This document shows positions 25,379-35,253 of a DNA stretch of 64,000 bases, one piece after another. Both the position numbers and the translations under genes were made by a program. Below the pieces are notes generated by a model. It saw only the letters and a list, made by a program, of their open reading frames with translations. It was not told where the DNA came from and searched no databases. The stretch's first letter is position 1. Each line of letters begins with the position of its first letter. The DNA lies in NCBI GenBank assembly GCA_044344255.1, contig JBIJDH010000019.1:96001-160000 (forward strand), given 5' to 3'. The stretch comes from Myxococcota bacterium (GTDB lineage Bacteria; Myxococcota_A; UBA796; UBA2385).

Positions 25379-26101
25379 CTACCGGCCGTTCACCCCCCAG
25401 TCATAGCGCTGGTAGGACACGGAGAGGCCCCCCGCGCTCACCGCCGCCTGCTGCTCGGGGCTGAGCCAGGGGAAGAGGAAGTTGAGCGCCGCCTCCTGCT
25501 TGCCGGAGACCCCGGGGAGGTCTCGCTGTGACTGCGCCTCGAAGTCCTTGCCGTACCAGTCGAAGATCGAGCTCAGCTCAACCTTGTGGGCCCCGAGGTC
25601 GAAGCGGAGGGCGTTGCTGCCGGCCCAGGCGCGCGCGGCCTGGTCGAGCTCCGCCGAGAGGCCCGCCGCCGTGAAGGCCCGCGGCGAGAGCGGCGGGCAG
25701 CCGAGGCTCGCGCAGTTGAGCGCCGCGTGGACGCGGGGGTCACCCAGCGGGCGCAGCGTCTTGTGCTCGATGTCGTTGAGGGTGAGCTCCCGCCCGGCGA
25801 CCGTGAAGCGGCGGCGGTCCCAGGGGTCTCCGCCGGCGATGTCCTTGATCGACTTCACCGGCCACGCGTCGGCGATCATGTCGATGGTGAGCGCGTTGTA
25901 GGCGTTGATCCAGAAGGCCGTCTTCGCGGCGCGATCGCTCGGCTCGGGGGCGGCGGCGAGCGCGGCCACCGTGCGGTCCAGCGCGCCCGAGGCCCGAATG
26001 GCGGCGTAGTCCACCCGACCGTCCCGCAGGTGCCGGTCGAGGGCGGCCTGGTAGGGGGCGTCGTCGAAGGCGAGGGCGGCGGTCACGAGCAGCAGCAGCA
26101 T
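25379..26101 (-). CDS. DUF547 domain-containing secreted protein
   Basis: VDY, AFWINAYNA, TLNDIEH, DPRVHAALNCASLGCPPL, LSSIFDWY..DF, YDW. Confidence 0.9.
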   Translation of the reverse strand: MLLLLVTAALAFDDAPYQAALDRHLRDGRVDYAAIRASGALDRTVAALAAAPEPSDRAAKTAFWINAYNALTIDMIADAWPVKSIKDIAGGDPWDRRRFTVAGRELTLNDIEHKTLRPLGDPRVHAALNCASLGCPPLSPRAFTAAGLSAELDQAARAWAGSNALRFDLGAHKVELSSIFDWYGKDFEAQSQRDLPGVSGKQEAALNFLFPWLSPEQQAAVSAGGLSVSYQRYDWGVNGR

Positions 26102-26238
26102 GGGGCTCCCGGGGGCGACGGGCCCGGCGGCGGGCCCCGATCCTGGTATCGTCAATGTGGGCCGTCGGTTACCGCCCGCCCCCCCGGCCACGCCAACCCT
26201 GTCCCCTGGGCGAACCACCCCGCCCCCTGGCCGAACCC

Positions 26239-26325
26239 ATGAAGCTCCTGCTCGTCGCTGGCATCCTCGTCGTCCTGCTCGTGCCTGTCGCCGTCTTCGG
26301 CCTGCTGACCGCGGAGTCGCGTTGA
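26239..26325 (+). CDS. 28-aa single-helix membrane peptide (not in ORF track)
   Basis: MKLLLVAGILVVLLVPVAVFGLLTAESR*; mostly G/C third positions; stop overlaps the TTG start of the next gene (TTGA). Confidence 0.6.
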   Translation: MKLLLVAGILVVLLVPVAVFGLLTAESR

Positions 26326-26648
26326 TCCCCTTCTGCGTCGAGCCCTGGCAGCTCATCGTCGGCGAGGTCCTGCCCCAGCAGATCGTCGACATGCGGAGCG
26401 CAGAGCGCTTCCATCGAGGCCACCTGCCCGGGGCCCGCTGCCTCAGCTACGAGGCCTTCCAGGGCGAGGCGCTCACCCTCCTCGATCGCGGCCAGAGCGT
26501 GCTGGTGGTCGATCCCCAGGGCGCGCGGGCCGCCGAGATGGCCACCTGGCTGCGGGCCCGCGGCTACGACGCGGGCTACCTCGAGGGCGGCATGGCGAGC
26601 TGGACCGGCCCCCTCACCCAGGGCCCTGGCCGCCGCCCAGATCCCTGA
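26322..26648 (+). CDS. Rhodanese-like domain protein (active-site Cys replaced by Asp)
   Basis: GGAG RBS before TTG; IVDMR...F..GHLPGA, VLVVDPQGARA, LEGGMASW. Confidence 0.85.
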   Translation: MIPFCVEPWQLIVGEVLPQQIVDMRSAERFHRGHLPGARCLSYEAFQGEALTLLDRGQSVLVVDPQGARAAEMATWLRARGYDAGYLEGGMASWTGPLTQGPGRRPDP

Positions 26649-26683
26649 CCAGCGCTGAGCCCCCACGGAGCGGCCCCACCGAG

Positions 26684-27076
26684 ATGCGCGTCCCCTTCGC
26701 CACCCCCTTCGACGAGGCCATCGCCCGCTCGGGCGTCGCCGCGCTCTTCACGGCCGACCACCGCGGCGAGCTGCGCCTCACCTCCGACCGCAGCCGCGAC
26801 GTCTGGAACCTCCTCACCGGCCCGCCGCGCCCCGGCTGGGCCCACTGCCTCTACCGCGACCGCGGCACCGGCTTTGTCCAGTACGTGCTCGCCACGAGCC
26901 CAGACCTCTGCGCCAGCCATCCCCGGGCCGACATCCGCGTCTACGCCGACCAGGACAGCGCCCTCGCCGCCCTCGATGCGTGGGGCCGGCCCCCGATCGC
27001 CGCCGAGCCCTGGCCCGAGGCCGCGCCGCCGCTCAGCCCGCCCGAGGCGGCGCCCCCGGCCCCGCCGGTGGGCTGA
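26684..27076 (+). CDS. Hypothetical protein
   Basis: 130-aa ORF with host-like codon usage and upstream GGAG; Pro-rich tail overlaps the convergent MFS gene. Confidence 0.6.
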   Translation: MRVPFATPFDEAIARSGVAALFTADHRGELRLTSDRSRDVWNLLTGPPRPGWAHCLYRDRGTGFVQYVLATSPDLCASHPRADIRVYADQDSALAALDAWGRPPIAAEPWPEAAPPLSPPEAAPPAPPVG

Positions 27077-28340
27077 GCGCGGCACGGCTCCGCGAGACGG
27101 CCCCGGTGAGCCAGCCCACCACCGGCAGCAGGCTCAGGCTCAGCGCCACCGTGAAGACGACGATGCGCTCCATGCCCTCGAGCCGATCGGTGACAGCGGC
27201 GTCGAGCAGGAGCGAGGAGATCATCGCCCCCGCCGCCGCCGCGAGGTGCTGCACCGCTGACTGCGCCGACTGGAAGCGGGCCCGCTCGTCCGGGCCCGGG
27301 ATGAGCGAGGAGAGGGACTGGAAGGCAACGTTCCGCACCGACATCGACCCCATCATCAGCGGGAAGAGCAGCACCGCGGGGATGAAGGGGTGATCGGAGT
27401 AGAAGCCGAGCGGGACGATGAAGGCGAGCAGCAGGCTGCCCGCCGCGAAGAGCACGAAGGAGCCGTACCGATCGACGAGCGGCCCCGCGATCCGCAGGCA
27501 CACGAAGGAGGTCGCCCCGCCGAGCATGTAGAGCAGCCCGAGGTGCTCGCGGGGATAGCCCACGTTCATCAGCAAGAAGGGGGAGATGTTGGGGATGAGC
27601 GCGAAGCCGGCGGCGTTCATCACCCCGGTGGCGGCGAGGCAGGCCACCACCGTCCGCCGGCCGACGAGCTCGCGGAGCGGGGTGACCGGACCGCCGCGAC
27701 CGATGTGGCCCCGCATCGGCGGGAGCAGCGTCGCCGCCGCCACCAGCACCGCGAGGCCGAGCCCGGCGACCACGAAGAAGGGGAGGCGCCAGCCGCCGAG
27801 CGTGGCGAGCTCGAGCCCGGCCGGCACGCCGAGCACCGAGGCGATCGAGAAGGCGCCCATCACCACGCCCATCGCCCGCCCCCGGCGGGAGGCGGGGACG
27901 GCGTCGGCGACGATCGAGAGCGACAGCGCCGTGGCCGGGCCGCCGAAGACGCCGGCGAGGACGCGGGCGGCGAGCAGCGAGGGCAGGCTCCACGACAGGG
28001 CCCCGAGCGCCGTGCCGACGCCGAGGCCCGCCATCGCCACGAGCAGGGCCCGCCGACGGTCAAAGCGGTCGAGGAAGGTGGAGCAGAGGATGCCGCTGAT
28101 CGCCGCCGCGGCGGTGTAGGAGCCGCCGATGACCCCGAGGTGGGCCGGCGCGATGCCGAGCTCCCGCGCGAAGTCCGGCCCGAGCGGCATCACCATCATG
28201 AAGTCGAGGATGTTGACGAACTGCACGGCGGCGATGACGAGCAGCAGCCGCGACTCGGCCTTCGTCGCCTCGGGGGGTGGGCTGGCCTCCGGTGGGCGGG
28301 CGGCGGGGGCCGCCTCGGGCGGGGTCTCAGGTGTCGTCAC
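27033..28340 (-). CDS. Major facilitator superfamily transporter
   Basis: About 12 TM; QFVNILDFMMVMPLGP, motif A DRFDRR, RGRAMG, GWR.PF. Confidence 0.92.
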   Translation of the reverse strand: MTTPETPPEAAPAARPPEASPPPEATKAESRLLLVIAAVQFVNILDFMMVMPLGPDFARELGIAPAHLGVIGGSYTAAAAISGILCSTFLDRFDRRRALLVAMAGLGVGTALGALSWSLPSLLAARVLAGVFGGPATALSLSIVADAVPASRRGRAMGVVMGAFSIASVLGVPAGLELATLGGWRLPFFVVAGLGLAVLVAAATLLPPMRGHIGRGGPVTPLRELVGRRTVVACLAATGVMNAAGFALIPNISPFLLMNVGYPREHLGLLYMLGGATSFVCLRIAGPLVDRYGSFVLFAAGSLLLAFIVPLGFYSDHPFIPAVLLFPLMMGSMSVRNVAFQSLSSLIPGPDERARFQSAQSAVQHLAAAAGAMISSLLLDAAVTDRLEGMERIVVFTVALSLSLLPVVGWLTGAVSRSRAALSPPAGPGAPPRAG

Positions 28341-28468
28341 GGGCAGCCCCTCTTCGGCGGCGCCGCCCTAACCCACCCCTCAGGCCTTGCGGGTGGTCAC
28401 CGCGGTGCGCAGATCGGCCCGACCGCGGCGCCGCCGGAGCTCTCTCCGGACCGACCCGGGAGGTGGAC

Positions 28469-28999
28469 GTGGGTGGAATCTCGCAGCTCGTGGGTCAGCT
28501 CCTCTCTCGAATGGGCGTCTCGCTGAGCGGCCCACAGCTTGTGCTCGTGTTGGCCGTCGTCTCCGCGCTGATGCTCCCCGGCTTCGTCCGCAACGCGCGG
28601 GTCTCGGTCGCCCGCAGCCACCTCGCGCGGGCCCGCCTGCTCAGCGGTCCGGAGCGCCAGGCCGCCGAAGACTCCGTCCTCCGCGCCGCTGGCGAGCAGC
28701 CCGCGGTGCTGGTCGCCGTCGCCGAGGAGGCGCTGCGCCTCGGCCGCGAGGGGCTCGCCCGCGCGGCCACCGAGCGCCTCGGCGCCACCGGCAAGGAGCG
28801 CAAGGCCTACCGCGCGCTCCAGCGGAGCCTCGCCCCGCCCGCCCCGAAGGAGGCCCTGCTCGAGGAGGTGCTCGTCGTGGTCGAGCGGCTCATCGACGAG
28901 GGGCGCACCGAGGAGGCCGCCCGCCGGCTCGACATCGCCCGCCAGCGCTGGCCCGACGCCCCCACCGTCGAGGCCCTCCAGGCGACCCGGCCGGCCTGA
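28469..28999 (+). CDS. Hypothetical membrane-anchored helical protein
   Basis: GGAGG RBS before GTG 28469; one TM (LVLVLAVVSALMLPGFV) then TPR-like helices. Confidence 0.6.
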   Translation: MGGISQLVGQLLSRMGVSLSGPQLVLVLAVVSALMLPGFVRNARVSVARSHLARARLLSGPERQAAEDSVLRAAGEQPAVLVAVAEEALRLGREGLARAATERLGATGKERKAYRALQRSLAPPAPKEALLEEVLVVVERLIDEGRTEEAARRLDIARQRWPDAPTVEALQATRPA

Positions 29000-29009
29000 C
29001 CGCCCCCGC

Positions 29010-30305
29010 TCAACTCCAACGGGTGACGTGCCAGGCCTTCTTGCCACGCCGCAGCGCGATCAGGCGGCCGTGGAGGAGGTCTTCGGTGGTCAGTCGATAG
29101 TCGCCCCCCACGGTGCGGCCGTTGACGGCCACCGCCCCGCCCTGGAGGAACTCCCGGGCCTCCCGCTTCGACTTCACCAGGGTGGTGAGCGTCAGCGCGT
29201 CGACGAGGGGCAGCCCCCCCTCGAGCAGGGCGCGGGCGTGCTCGGTGGAGGGGGCGCCGGCCAGCACCTCATCGAGGGTGTCGGCGGGCAGGGCCGCGAG
29301 CTCCCCCGAGAAGAGCGCCCGCCCCGCCGCCTCGGCCTGGTCGCGCGCCGCCTCGCCGTGCACGAAGGCGGTGACGTTCCGCGCCAGGGCCCGCTGGGCG
29401 ACCCGCGCGCTGCGGTCCCCGGCGTGGGCGGCCTCGATCTCCAGCACACCCGCCTCAGAGAAGGTGGTGAAGATGCGCAAGAAGCGCAGCACGTCGTCGT
29501 CGGAGGTGTTGAGCCAGAACTGGTAGAAGGCGTAGGGGCTCGTACGATCGGGGCTCAGCCAGATCGCACCCGACTCGGTCTTGCCGAACTTGCCACCGTC
29601 CGCCTTGGTGACCAGCGGCGAGACGAGGGCGAAGGCCTCGTTCTGCCCCGCCGGCAGGATGCGGCGACAGAGGTCGGCCCCCGACACGATGTTGCCCCAC
29701 TGGTCAGAGCCGCCCATCTGCAGGGTGACGCCCTCATGCTCCCGGAGGTGCAGGAAGTCGTAGGCCTGGAGGATCATGTAGCTGAATTCGGTGTAGGACA
29801 GGCCCTGGTTGCGCGTGAGACGGTCACGCACAGAGTCCCGCTGCACCATCGCGTTGACGCTGAAGTGCTTGCCGACGTCGCGCAGCACCCGGATGTAGCC
29901 GAGCCCGCCGAGCCAGTCGTGGTTGTTGACCACGATCCCTCGGTTGGGGGCGAGGTCGAGGATGCGCTCGTAGATCTTACGCTGGCCCGCGATGTTCGTC
30001 TCTACCCCCGCCTCGTCGAGGAGCTGCCGCTCGGCCGACTTGCCCGAGGGATCGCCGATGAGGCCGGTGCCGCCGCCCACCACCACCACCGCCTGGTGCC
30101 CCGCCTGCTGGAAGTGCCAGAGCAGCTTGATGCTGACGAGGTTGCCGATGGTCAGGGAGTCCGCGGTGGGGTCAAAGCCGATGTAGGCCCGCCGGCTGCC
30201 GCTGCTGAGGTGGGCCCGGAGCTCCGCCTCGTGGCTGAGGTCATGGATGAGGCCGCGCCAGCGGAGCTCGGCGATGAAGTCCTGGTTCGGGATGAAGTGT
30301 GTCAT
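29010..30305 (-). CDS. tyrS: Tyrosine--tRNA ligase
   Basis: YIGFDPTADSLTIGN (HIGH variant), EFSYMILQAYDF, QMGGSDQWGN, KFGKT, C-terminal S4 domain RRGKK. Confidence 0.97.
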   Translation of the reverse strand: MTHFIPNQDFIAELRWRGLIHDLSHEAELRAHLSSGSRRAYIGFDPTADSLTIGNLVSIKLLWHFQQAGHQAVVVVGGGTGLIGDPSGKSAERQLLDEAGVETNIAGQRKIYERILDLAPNRGIVVNNHDWLGGLGYIRVLRDVGKHFSVNAMVQRDSVRDRLTRNQGLSYTEFSYMILQAYDFLHLREHEGVTLQMGGSDQWGNIVSGADLCRRILPAGQNEAFALVSPLVTKADGGKFGKTESGAIWLSPDRTSPYAFYQFWLNTSDDDVLRFLRIFTTFSEAGVLEIEAAHAGDRSARVAQRALARNVTAFVHGEAARDQAEAAGRALFSGELAALPADTLDEVLAGAPSTEHARALLEGGLPLVDALTLTTLVKSKREAREFLQGGAVAVNGRTVGGDYRLTTEDLLHGRLIALRRGKKAWHVTRWS

Positions 30306-30311
30306 CCGCGG

Positions 30312-30320
30312 AGCCTAGCA
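30312..30320 (-). promoter_or_regulatory. Extended -10 element 6 nt upstream of the tyrS ATG (leaderless promoter)
   Basis: Minus strand TGc-TAGGCT-ccgcgg-ATG. Confidence 0.6.
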
Positions 30321-30391
30321 CGCCAGCCCCGGGCTCGGCGAACCCTCCCCCTCTCGCGGTCGGCCCTCCGTGCGGCCCCTATTCCCGGCCG

Positions 30392-30994
30392 TCAAAACTC
30401 CCGGCTGTCAATCCGCCGCAGCCCGTCGGCCTCGGCCATCTCGATGAGCTCGTCTCGGAAGCGCTTGTACCAGAGCCACTGGGCGACCTCTCGCATCGCG
30501 AAGACGATGGGGATGGTGATGATGAACATGCTGCCCACCGAGCCCAGGATCCAGCTCACGAAGAAGAAGAGGATGTGCTCGCCGGGGTACTTCATGACGT
30601 GCCGCAGAGAGAGCTTCGCGCAGTCGATGGGGTCGTGCCGCCCCTCCACCACCAGCGGGAAGAACAGCACCAGCGCGATGCCGATCGCCGCGCTCAAGAG
30701 GCCGCCCGAGGCCCCGCCGAGCCAGAAGGGCACGATGTAGAGCAGCACCGCCACACAGTCGGCGCCGATCCGATCCATCTGGATGAGGCCGCCGATCCGC
30801 GGGCCCCGCCCCTCCTCCACCGCGGCCCGCGCCTCGCGAAGCACGTTGACGATGAGGACCGTCCCGACGCCGCAGGTGAACACGAAGGCGAAGAAGAAGG
30901 CCCCAAAGAACAGGAACCAAGACAGGATGTCGCGGCTCACCACCGTCCAGGCCTGCTTGTGAACATCTACGGGGGACAGGGCGGTCTCAGACAT
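30392..30994 (-). CDS. Hypothetical integral membrane protein
   Basis: GGAGG RBS; about 5 hydrophobic segments. Confidence 0.7.
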   Translation of the reverse strand: MSETALSPVDVHKQAWTVVSRDILSWFLFFGAFFFAFVFTCGVGTVLIVNVLREARAAVEEGRGPRIGGLIQMDRIGADCVAVLLYIVPFWLGGASGGLLSAAIGIALVLFFPLVVEGRHDPIDCAKLSLRHVMKYPGEHILFFFVSWILGSVGSMFIITIPIVFAMREVAQWLWYKRFRDELIEMAEADGLRRIDSREF

Positions 30995-31030
30995 CGGGCC
31001 TCCAGCCCAGCCGCCCTATCCCGAGCCCGC

Positions 31031-31723
31031 CTACTTCGCCGGGGGAGGGCTGCCCACAGCGCCATCGGCTGTGGCAGTGCCGACGGCGGCTCCGTCGGCG
31101 GGGGCGCCCTCGGCCGGGACGGCGGCGGCAGCGGCAGCGGCAGCGGCGGCAGCGGCGGCCTCCTCGGCGAGGCGCTTGGCGTCGGCCTCGGTGACCTGCT
31201 TCATCGCGGCGAGGCCCTTCTCGAAGTCCCCCCCCACCATCTCATCCATCGGCATGACGAGGCCGAAGGCCTTGGACATGAAGTTGTTGTGACCGGTCAT
31301 CGCCCAGACCACCTTGGAGCCCTCCCCCTCGGGGGAGACCGTGAAGGTGGTGACGTTCTCCGCCTCAAAGGGGGTGAGGAAGTGCAGATCGATCACCACC
31401 TCGGCGGGCGGAGTCGAACCCTTGATCGTCATCTTCCCGCTGCCCACCTCGTCGTTACCGTCCCAGGCGTAGGCCGCGCCGACCCCCGTCTCGGGCCCCG
31501 TGTAGGTGGTCTTCATCTGGGGATCGATCTTCGCCCAGGGCGACCAGGCCTCCCACTTGTGGAAGTCGTTGATGTGGCTGAAGACCAGCTCCGGCGACGC
31601 CGACACCGAGGTGGTGCGCTGCACCTTGAAGTCCGCCGGCTGCATGGCGATCACGCCGACGAGCGCGGCGACGAGCACGCCGGCCCCGAGCGCGATCTTG
31701 GGGAGGATGGACGACTTGGACAT
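31031..31723 (-). CDS. SRPBCC (polyketide cyclase/START-like) family protein with N-terminal anchor and poly-Ala tail
   Basis: DFHKWEAWSPW...DP, GVGAAYAWDGN..VG.G.M, MD.MVGGDFEKGL; GAGG RBS. Confidence 0.88.
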   Translation of the reverse strand: MSKSSILPKIALGAGVLVAALVGVIAMQPADFKVQRTTSVSASPELVFSHINDFHKWEAWSPWAKIDPQMKTTYTGPETGVGAAYAWDGNDEVGSGKMTIKGSTPPAEVVIDLHFLTPFEAENVTTFTVSPEGEGSKVVWAMTGHNNFMSKAFGLVMPMDEMVGGDFEKGLAAMKQVTEADAKRLAEEAAAAAAAAAAAAAVPAEGAPADGAAVGTATADGAVGSPPPAK

Positions 31724-31921
31724 GCGGACCTCGATCAAGAGAGAAGATTCCCGAACTATCCGCGCCCCCCGATCCGGGTCCAGGGATGATCGCGCACAAT
31801 TTGACAGAACAAATCGGAGGGACGATCGGGGTCGCCCGCGAATCGGCGCCAGCGCTCCGCCCGCCGCAGCGGCGGTGGCGGCCCAGATCCAATAGGCAGG
31901 CCCGTCACCGGAGCCCCCTCG

Positions 31922-34111
31922 ATGTTGTCCCTCGCGATCGCCCTGTCCCCGCTCTGCCTCTCCGGCTTCACCCTGCTGGTCGACACGGCGCACGCCGACG
32001 AGGCGGACCCTCGCCTCTGGCTCGAGGAGGTCGAAGGCCAGAAGGCCCTCGACTGGGTGCGCGCGGGCAACGCGCAGACGCTGGAGGCCTTCGCGAAGGG
32101 CCCTCGTTTCACGAGCACGCGGGACCGCCTTCGCGCCTCGCTCGACTCCGACGCCCGCATCCCCTACGTCGAGGAGCGAGGGGACTACCTCTACAACTTC
32201 TGGGTGGACGGCGCCCACCCCCAGGGCCTCTGGCGCCGCACCACCTGGGCCGAGTACCGCAAGGCGGAGCCCCAGTGGGAGCTCATCCTAGACCTCGACG
32301 CCCTCTCCGAGAAGGAGGGCCAGCGCTGGGTCTGGCACGGGTCCAACTGCCTCGCCCCCGACTGGAGCCGCTGCATGGTGGAGCTCTCCCCGGGCGGCTC
32401 CGACACCGGCGTGCTGCGTGAGTTCGACGTCTCCGCCAAGACCTTCGTCGCCGACGGCTTCGTGCTCCCCCCCAGCAAGGGTGAGGCCGACTGGCTCGAC
32501 CGCGACCACCTCCTCCTCGCGACCGACTTCGGAGAGGGCTCCTTGACCGACTCCGGATACGCTCGCACCGTGCGCATCTGGACCCGCGGCACCGCCTACA
32601 CCGCCGCCGCCCCCCTCTTCGAGGGCCAGAGACAAGACGTGTCCGTGGGCGGCTGGCACGACGACACCCCCGGCTTCGAGCGGGACTTCGTCTATCGCGC
32701 CCTCACCTTCTACACGGGCCTCCTCTACGAGCGCGTGAAAGGAAAGCTCGTTCAAGTCGAGAAGCCCGATGACTGCGAGGCCAGCGTCTATGGCGATCAC
32801 ATCTACTTCCGCCCCCGCACCGACTGGGCGGTGGGCGGCGTCACCCACAAGGGCGGCTCCCTGCTCGTGGCGCCCTACAAGGCCTGGATGAAGGGGGAGC
32901 GGAGGGTCGAGGCGCTCTTCACCCCCACAGACTCCACCAGCCTCCAGGGCTGGACCGCCACCCGCGGCCAGGTGGCCCTGGAGATCTTGGAGGACGTGCG
33001 CTCCCGCGTCGAGCTCGTCACCCCTCCCCAGGGCCGAAAGAACCGGAAGAAGGGATGGACCCACGCCCCCCTCCAAGGGATCCCCAAGCTCGGCACCGTC
33101 TCCGTCTCCGCGGTTGACGCCGATGCGTCGGACGCGCTCTGGATCGTGGTCACCGACTACCTCACGCCGAGCACGCTCAGCCTCCAGGAGCCTGGCGCCG
33201 CCCCCGAGGTGCTCAAGCGGGGCCCCTCCTTCTTCAAGACCGACGGCCTCACCGTCGAGCAGCACTTCGCGACCTCCAAAGACGGCACCCGCGTCCCCTA
33301 TTTTCAGGTCGGCCCCACCGCCGTCCCCACGGGTGGGCTCCCCACGCTGCTCTACGGGTACGGCGGCTTCGAGGTCTCCCTCACACCCGGCTATCAGTCC
33401 GGCTTCGGCATCGGCTGGCTCGAGCAGGGCGGGGTCTATGTGGTCGCCAACATCCGCGGCGGCGGGGAGTACGGGCCGCGGTGGCATCAGGCCGCGCTGC
33501 GCGAGAAGCGGCACGCCGCCTATGAAGACTTCGCCGCCGTCGGAGAGGATCTCGTGAAGCGCGGCGTCACCCGCAAGGAGAAGCTCGGCGTCATGGGTGG
33601 CTCCAACGGCGGCCTGCTGATGGGCAACATGTACACGACCTACCCCGACCACTGGGGGGCGGTGGTCTGTCAGGTGCCGCTGCTCGACATGAAGCGTTAC
33701 TCCGGCCTGCTCGCCGGGGCGAGCTGGATGGGCGAATACGGAGACCCGAGCGTCCCCGAAGACTGGGCCTTCCTCCAGCGCTACTCGCCCTACCACAACA
33801 TGGACGCCGCGAAGGCCTATCCGCCCATCCTCTTCACCACGAGCACCCGCGACGACCGCGTCCACCCCGGCCACGCCCGTAAGATGGCGTCCCTGATCGA
33901 CTCCCTCGACAAGCCGATGTTCTACTACGAGAACATCGAGGGCGGGCACGGCGGCGCCGCCAACAACGAGCAGCGGGCCTTCATGTGGGCGCTGAGCTTC
34001 GAGTTCCTGTGGCAGACCCTCGCGCCCCCGCAGGTCCCGCCCCCGCAGGTCGCTCCCCCGCAGGTCCCGCCCCCGCAGGTCACTCCCCGATCGTCGCCGA
34101 CTGCGCCGTGA
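31922..34111 (+). CDS. Prolyl oligopeptidase (S9A) family serine peptidase, secreted
   Basis: DP.LWLEE, SKDGTRVPYF, YGYGGF, NIRGGGEYG, GGSNGG, DDRVHP, EGGH. Confidence 0.95.
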   Translation: MLSLAIALSPLCLSGFTLLVDTAHADEADPRLWLEEVEGQKALDWVRAGNAQTLEAFAKGPRFTSTRDRLRASLDSDARIPYVEERGDYLYNFWVDGAHPQGLWRRTTWAEYRKAEPQWELILDLDALSEKEGQRWVWHGSNCLAPDWSRCMVELSPGGSDTGVLREFDVSAKTFVADGFVLPPSKGEADWLDRDHLLLATDFGEGSLTDSGYARTVRIWTRGTAYTAAAPLFEGQRQDVSVGGWHDDTPGFERDFVYRALTFYTGLLYERVKGKLVQVEKPDDCEASVYGDHIYFRPRTDWAVGGVTHKGGSLLVAPYKAWMKGERRVEALFTPTDSTSLQGWTATRGQVALEILEDVRSRVELVTPPQGRKNRKKGWTHAPLQGIPKLGTVSVSAVDADASDALWIVVTDYLTPSTLSLQEPGAAPEVLKRGPSFFKTDGLTVEQHFATSKDGTRVPYFQVGPTAVPTGGLPTLLYGYGGFEVSLTPGYQSGFGIGWLEQGGVYVVANIRGGGEYGPRWHQAALREKRHAAYEDFAAVGEDLVKRGVTRKEKLGVMGGSNGGLLMGNMYTTYPDHWGAVVCQVPLLDMKRYSGLLAGASWMGEYGDPSVPEDWAFLQRYSPYHNMDAAKAYPPILFTTSTRDDRVHPGHARKMASLIDSLDKPMFYYENIEGGHGGAANNEQRAFMWALSFEFLWQTLAPPQVPPPQVAPPQVPPPQVTPRSSPTAP
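34022..34081 (+). repeat. 4 x 15-bp in-frame tandem repeat encoding (A/P)PPQV
   Basis: gcgcccccgcaggtc ccgcccccgcaggtc gctcccccgcaggtc ccgcccccgcaggtc. Confidence 0.9.
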
Positions 34112-35207
34112 CGGCGCGGGTGGCCAGCGGCGAGAGGTCGCAGGCCGCGGTGGAGACCTGGGCCGTCGGCGCCTCGGCGTAGGGGTCGACCGCCTCGATT
34201 CGGAGGCCGCAGGCCTCTCCGATCGGGCTGTCGAAGAGGACGGCGAAGTGGCGCTCGAAGTGGTGGTGGCCCGGCCGATAGACGAGCTGAAAGACCGAGC
34301 GGAGGTCGAAGTCCACCCCATCGAGGCGGCCGGAGGCCCGGACGAAGGCCCCGGGCGCCGTCGCGGTGACGTTGTCGCCGAGGCGCAGCGAGAGGGTGAT
34401 CTCTCCCCCCTCGAAGGTGAGGTGATGCACGTCTTCGGCCCAGGCGGGGTCCTCGCAGGCCCCAAGCTCGATCGCGCCGACCTCCCAGCGCTCCACCTCG
34501 GGGCTGCGCAGCGTGAAGGACAGGCCCGCCCCCGTGGCCGCGTCCCGGAGCAGCCCGTTGACCGTGAGCGGCTCCGGGAGCTCCCCCTCGGCGCCGACGA
34601 GCAGCAGGCTGTGCTCGAGGAGGAAGGGATCGCCCCGCTCCATCGGCTGGACCCCGACGAGCGAGGTGTAGGTGGAGCCTGCGGCGCTGCTCGTCGACAC
34701 CGTGGTCGCGCCGAGGCCGGCCATCGCCGGGCCGGGGCTGGAGAGGCCGCGCAGCGTGCAGACCGGCAGGCTGAGCGCGTACTCCCCAGGGTCCGTCGGC
34801 AGGGCGTAGCTCCCCTCCACGACGCGCAGGAGAGCCTTCCCGGCGAGCTCCTCCTCGAGACTGCGGTCCTCGTTCCAGGCGCTGCAGTACACGGCCTCCG
34901 GGCCCACCTCGACCCGACCGCCCCAGCCCTCCTCCCCCGACCAGGCCTCCGCCCCGGGGCAGGCCGACCAGTCATAAGCCGGCTCCGGCGCCCCCGTGTC
35001 TCCCCCGCCGTCGGTGCCGTCGGTGCCGTCGGTGCCGTCGGTGCCGTCACTCCCATCGGTGCCGTCGGTCCCGTCGGTGCCGTCTCCTTCTCCCTCTCCC
35101 CCTCCCTCGGCGCCGCTCCCCTTCCCGCAGCCCAGCAGGGCGCAGAGGGGGACGACGAGGAGAGGGAGAGCGAGGGCGGCGGCGGCGATAGACCGAGGGG
35201 CTGTCAC
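34080..35207 (-). CDS. Hypothetical lipoprotein with GTD repeat linker
   Basis: GGAG RBS before GTG 35207; lipobox LLGC; (GTD)n linker; C-terminal YRPGHHHFERHF. Confidence 0.7.
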   Translation of the reverse strand: MTAPRSIAAAALALPLLVVPLCALLGCGKGSGAEGGGEGEGDGTDGTDGTDGSDGTDGTDGTDGTDGGGDTGAPEPAYDWSACPGAEAWSGEEGWGGRVEVGPEAVYCSAWNEDRSLEEELAGKALLRVVEGSYALPTDPGEYALSLPVCTLRGLSSPGPAMAGLGATTVSTSSAAGSTYTSLVGVQPMERGDPFLLEHSLLLVGAEGELPEPLTVNGLLRDAATGAGLSFTLRSPEVERWEVGAIELGACEDPAWAEDVHHLTFEGGEITLSLRLGDNVTATAPGAFVRASGRLDGVDFDLRSVFQLVYRPGHHHFERHFAVLFDSPIGEACGLRIEAVDPYAEAPTAQVSTAACDLSPLATRAVTAQSATIGE

Positions 35208-35253
35208 GGGGAGGCTCCGAGGTCGCGCGGCGGTGAGCGCCGCGGCGCGCCGA

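Noticed and set aside
30150..30200. tyrS as a pseudogene because HIGH reads TIGN
   Set aside because: The frame is intact with all other motifs, so a natural variant is more likely.
34022..35085. Repeat tracts as CRISPR-like arrays (also 38980-39070)
   Set aside because: In-frame 6-15 bp coding repeats without unique spacers; no cas genes.
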